Shown one piece after another: positions 37,997-40,309 of a stretch of 40,309 bases of DNA. Both the position numbers and the translations under genes were made by a program. The stretch spans positions 1-40,309 of the forward strand of contig JBHICG010000027.1 in the NCBI GenBank assembly GCA_046759445.1, given 5' to 3'. Below the pieces are notes generated by a model. It saw only the letters and a program-made list of their open reading frames with translations. It had not been told where the DNA came from and ran no database searches. The DNA is from Candidatus Scalinduaceae bacterium (GTDB lineage: Bacteria > Planctomycetota > Brocadiia > Brocadiales > Scalinduaceae). Numbering within the stretch: position 1 is the stretch's first letter; every line of letters begins with the position of its first letter.

Positions 37997-38746
37997 CTAA
38001 TTCGTGGCCACATAACCTTTTAGAAGGTGTTTGAATGAAATTAAAAAGGCTATTGTTGCTGAGTTGTGGAAGATATGAACGGTTATTGGTGCGATTAAAG
38101 AACCAGTTTTCTCGAAAAGATAGGCCAATAGAAGCCCAAGTATAAATATCTGCAGGAATACATGTGCATTTAGGTGTACTAAAGCAAAAAGAAATCCACT
38201 AACAAAAATAGCGCTAAGTTTTCCATAAGTAGTTTTTACGGCAGATTGAAGGAATCCTCTGAAAAGCATTTCCTCAATAATAGGTGCAGCTAATATACCG
38301 AAAAGAATCATGAAAATAAGTACTGCTAATGAATCTTCCTCCAGGATCTTATTAATTATTTCTTGCTGTTTAGGTAATGTGCCAAAGATTCTTGAAATGA
38401 AATCAACCACAAATCCAGCTAATACTATAACTGGAAGTACGATAAAATAACGTTTAAGACCGAGCTTTGTATCTCTCTTCCAATTAGAAGTTGTAAATCC
38501 TAAAGAGGCTATGGGTAAATTGTAACTTATCCTAATAATATAGAAAACGTATAAGCAGGTTAAAATATTTACGATTAGCGATAAGCTAAGGATCACTATG
38601 TTTTGGCCAAATACTTTTACTAGATCCATTCCAAATATTTGTTTTATAATCCATAAAAGAACAGGTATTCCAACCAACATCATAAAGAAGTAAAACAGAA
38701 AAACCTTAAATATATCTATTAAATTCCACCTTGTATTGTCTAACAT
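37997..38746 (-). CDS. CPBP (CAAX/Abi) family intramembrane metalloprotease
   Basis: APIIEEMLFRG, FALVH, VHIFHN and multiple TM segments. Confidence 0.92.
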   Translation of the reverse strand: MLDNTRWNLIDIFKVFLFYFFMMLVGIPVLLWIIKQIFGMDLVKVFGQNIVILSLSLIVNILTCLYVFYIIRISYNLPIASLGFTTSNWKRDTKLGLKRYFIVLPVIVLAGFVVDFISRIFGTLPKQQEIINKILEEDSLAVLIFMILFGILAAPIIEEMLFRGFLQSAVKTTYGKLSAIFVSGFLFALVHLNAHVFLQIFILGLLLAYLFEKTGSLIAPITVHIFHNSATIAFLISFKHLLKGYVATN

Positions 38747-38804
38747 TTTTAGGTCAAATACCTTTTATTAAATGGAAATGGGTTTTTTCTTTATAATATG
38801 TTTA

Positions 38805-39209
38805 CTATTTTTTTTGCCTTGTTTTCTTTTTAATACTTTTCTTATACTCTTCGTATTCATCTTCATTCATAAAAGTTTCTAGTTGTTTTGGTTCAATTAT
38901 CCTTACCTTAATAAACCAGCCATCACCAAAAGGGTCTTTTTTTAGTTTGCTTAAATTAGTAGGTAAATCCGAATTTACCTTTATTACTTCACCACTAATA
39001 GGTGCGATTAGGTCAGAGTAATTATTTATGGATTCTATTTCACCATAAGAAATACCAGTAATAATTTCTTCTTTAACCTTCGGCAAGACAAGATCTATAA
39101 TGTTACCAATTTCGTTTATGAAATAATCGGTTACGCCAATGGTTACAATATCTTTTCTTGATTTTATCCAGTAATGTGTCTGAGAATATTTAAGTTTTCC
39201 TGTAGTCAT
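38805..39209 (-). CDS. gcvH: Glycine cleavage H-like protein lacking the lipoyl-lysine
   Basis: YSQTHYWI, IGVTDY, APISGEVIKVN, DPFGDGWFIKV; ESINN replaces ESVKA. Confidence 0.82.
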   Translation of the reverse strand: MTTGKLKYSQTHYWIKSRKDIVTIGVTDYFINEIGNIIDLVLPKVKEEIITGISYGEIESINNYSDLIAPISGEVIKVNSDLPTNLSKLKKDPFGDGWFIKVRIIEPKQLETFMNEDEYEEYKKSIKKKTRQKK

Positions 39210-39210
39210 T

Positions 39211-39774
39211 TTAACATAACATAAAACTGTTTAATTTCGTATATATTGGTCCACTCGGAGTCAGTTTGCTTTGCATCAGAGAGATTTGATTTACTTTTTC
39301 TTGACCAAAGAAATATCCTGCATCAGAGTTTAAAGCGTTTACAAGTTTGGATATGTTTTTCTGAGATTTAATTCTCCCGATTGTAATATGTCCCACATAT
39401 TTTCTGGGTTTACGTTTTATATCAAGCTCTTCAAATCCCTTGTCGAGTCTTTCAAAAATTTTTGAAAGGTTATTTCCTCGATCCCGTGCACAGACATATA
39501 TTACCCGAGGTTTTTTAAAAGTTGGAAACGCACCAACATTTTCTATATTCATAATAAAAGGGCTTAGACAAGAGATTGCATTATTAATTATCTTATTCAA
39601 ATTGGGAAGGTTTGTTTCATCTATATATCCAATAAATTTTAAAGTTAAATGAGTATTTTCAGGGGCAACCCATTTGACATCAGCAGCAGTCTTTTTCAGA
39701 TGATTTAGGAATTCAGATAACCTGTTCTTTATTTCCTTATCGATTTCTATTGCAACAAAGATTCTAATAACCAT
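39211..39774 (-). CDS. thpR: RNA 2',3'-cyclic phosphodiesterase (2H family)
   Basis: RIFVAI, HLTLKFIG and HITIGR (two HxT motifs), SKLTPSGPIY. Confidence 0.93.
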   Translation of the reverse strand: MVIRIFVAIEIDKEIKNRLSEFLNHLKKTAADVKWVAPENTHLTLKFIGYIDETNLPNLNKIINNAISCLSPFIMNIENVGAFPTFKKPRVIYVCARDRGNNLSKIFERLDKGFEELDIKRKPRKYVGHITIGRIKSQKNISKLVNALNSDAGYFFGQEKVNQISLMQSKLTPSGPIYTKLNSFMLC

Positions 39775-39840
39775 TGAAGTTTTAAGGGATTAAGACTTTC
39801 CATATCTTACTCTTTTAACTTGATGAAATTGATACAAACC

Positions 39841-40309
39841 TTAAAAAAATGTATTTATTGTATACTCTATACGCTTAAGTGTTTTTTCCCTGCCTAAAAG
39901 TTCTAAGGTTTCAAAAATTCCTGCACTTGCACCTTTTCCAATAACTGCTGCTCTTATCGGTTGGGCCAATTTACCAAAGCCAATCCCGTGCTCTGTAGCA
40001 ATGGCTCGTAAACAAGCCTCTAGATCTTCTACAGAAAAACTCTCAATTTCCCCTAATCTCTTATGGGCATCTCTTAACAGAGAAGAAACACCGTCTTTCT
40101 TAAAGAATTTCTTGACCGTAACACTATCATAAACAATTTCATTAGAAAAGAAAGGAGATGTTTGTGTTATGAAATCTGATAATGTCTTAAATCTCTCTTT
40201 ATACAAATCCACTAATTTATACAACCATTCATCTGAAATCGACTCAGTATCAAAGCCCGCTTTTTCGATATATGAGTATAATTTTTTAATGAGACTTTTA
40301 GTGGGCATA
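39841..40309 (-). CDS. gltX: Glutamate--tRNA ligase, C-terminal anticodon-binding part (5' end outside window)
   Basis: KERFKTLSD...GKLAQPIRAAVIG...GIFETLELLGREKTLKRI. Confidence 0.85.
   Translation of the reverse strand, partial: MPTKSLIKKLYSYIEKAGFDTESISDEWLYKLVDLYKERFKTLSDFITQTSPFFSNEIVYDSVTVKKFFKKDGVSSLLRDAHKRLGEIESFSVEDLEACLRAIATEHGIGFGKLAQPIRAAVIGKGASAGIFETLELLGREKTLKRIEYTINTFF

Overview
AT-rich bacterial chromosomal window; the gene content and repeat style resemble anammox-type Planctomycetota, but this is a tentative inference. Housekeeping genes flank it: a partial DUF362/4Fe-4S gene, mfd and a SurA/PpiC-like PPIase on the left, and tyrS, a CPBP protease, a gcvH-like gene, thpR and partial gltX on the right. 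Between them lies a ~31 kb accessory region with three parts. (1) A cluster of exported caspase-family (C14) and TPR-CHAT proteases mixed with LPP20/FlgT/CsgG-like envelope proteins and an FGE-sulfatase protein. (2) An ExbB/ExbD motor with an atypical TonB-like partner, coiled-coil and Cys-motif proteins, and a 3D-domain protein. (3) A divergent four-gene unit: sigma70-family factor, double zinc-finger anti-sigma, small protein, and a membrane-anchored Lon-type (Ser-Lys) protease whose fold appears interrupted by two TM helices. A bipartite motif, T(G/A)CACCA-N15-nTGATT, occurs six times in intergenic DNA (plus one weak copy), always oriented toward a downstream gene and twice in front of the sigma gene. 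The best candidate for an undescribed system is a protease-gated sigma/anti-sigma cascade with a local regulon. No CRISPR array, integrase, reverse transcriptase, tRNA or rRNA was recognised.
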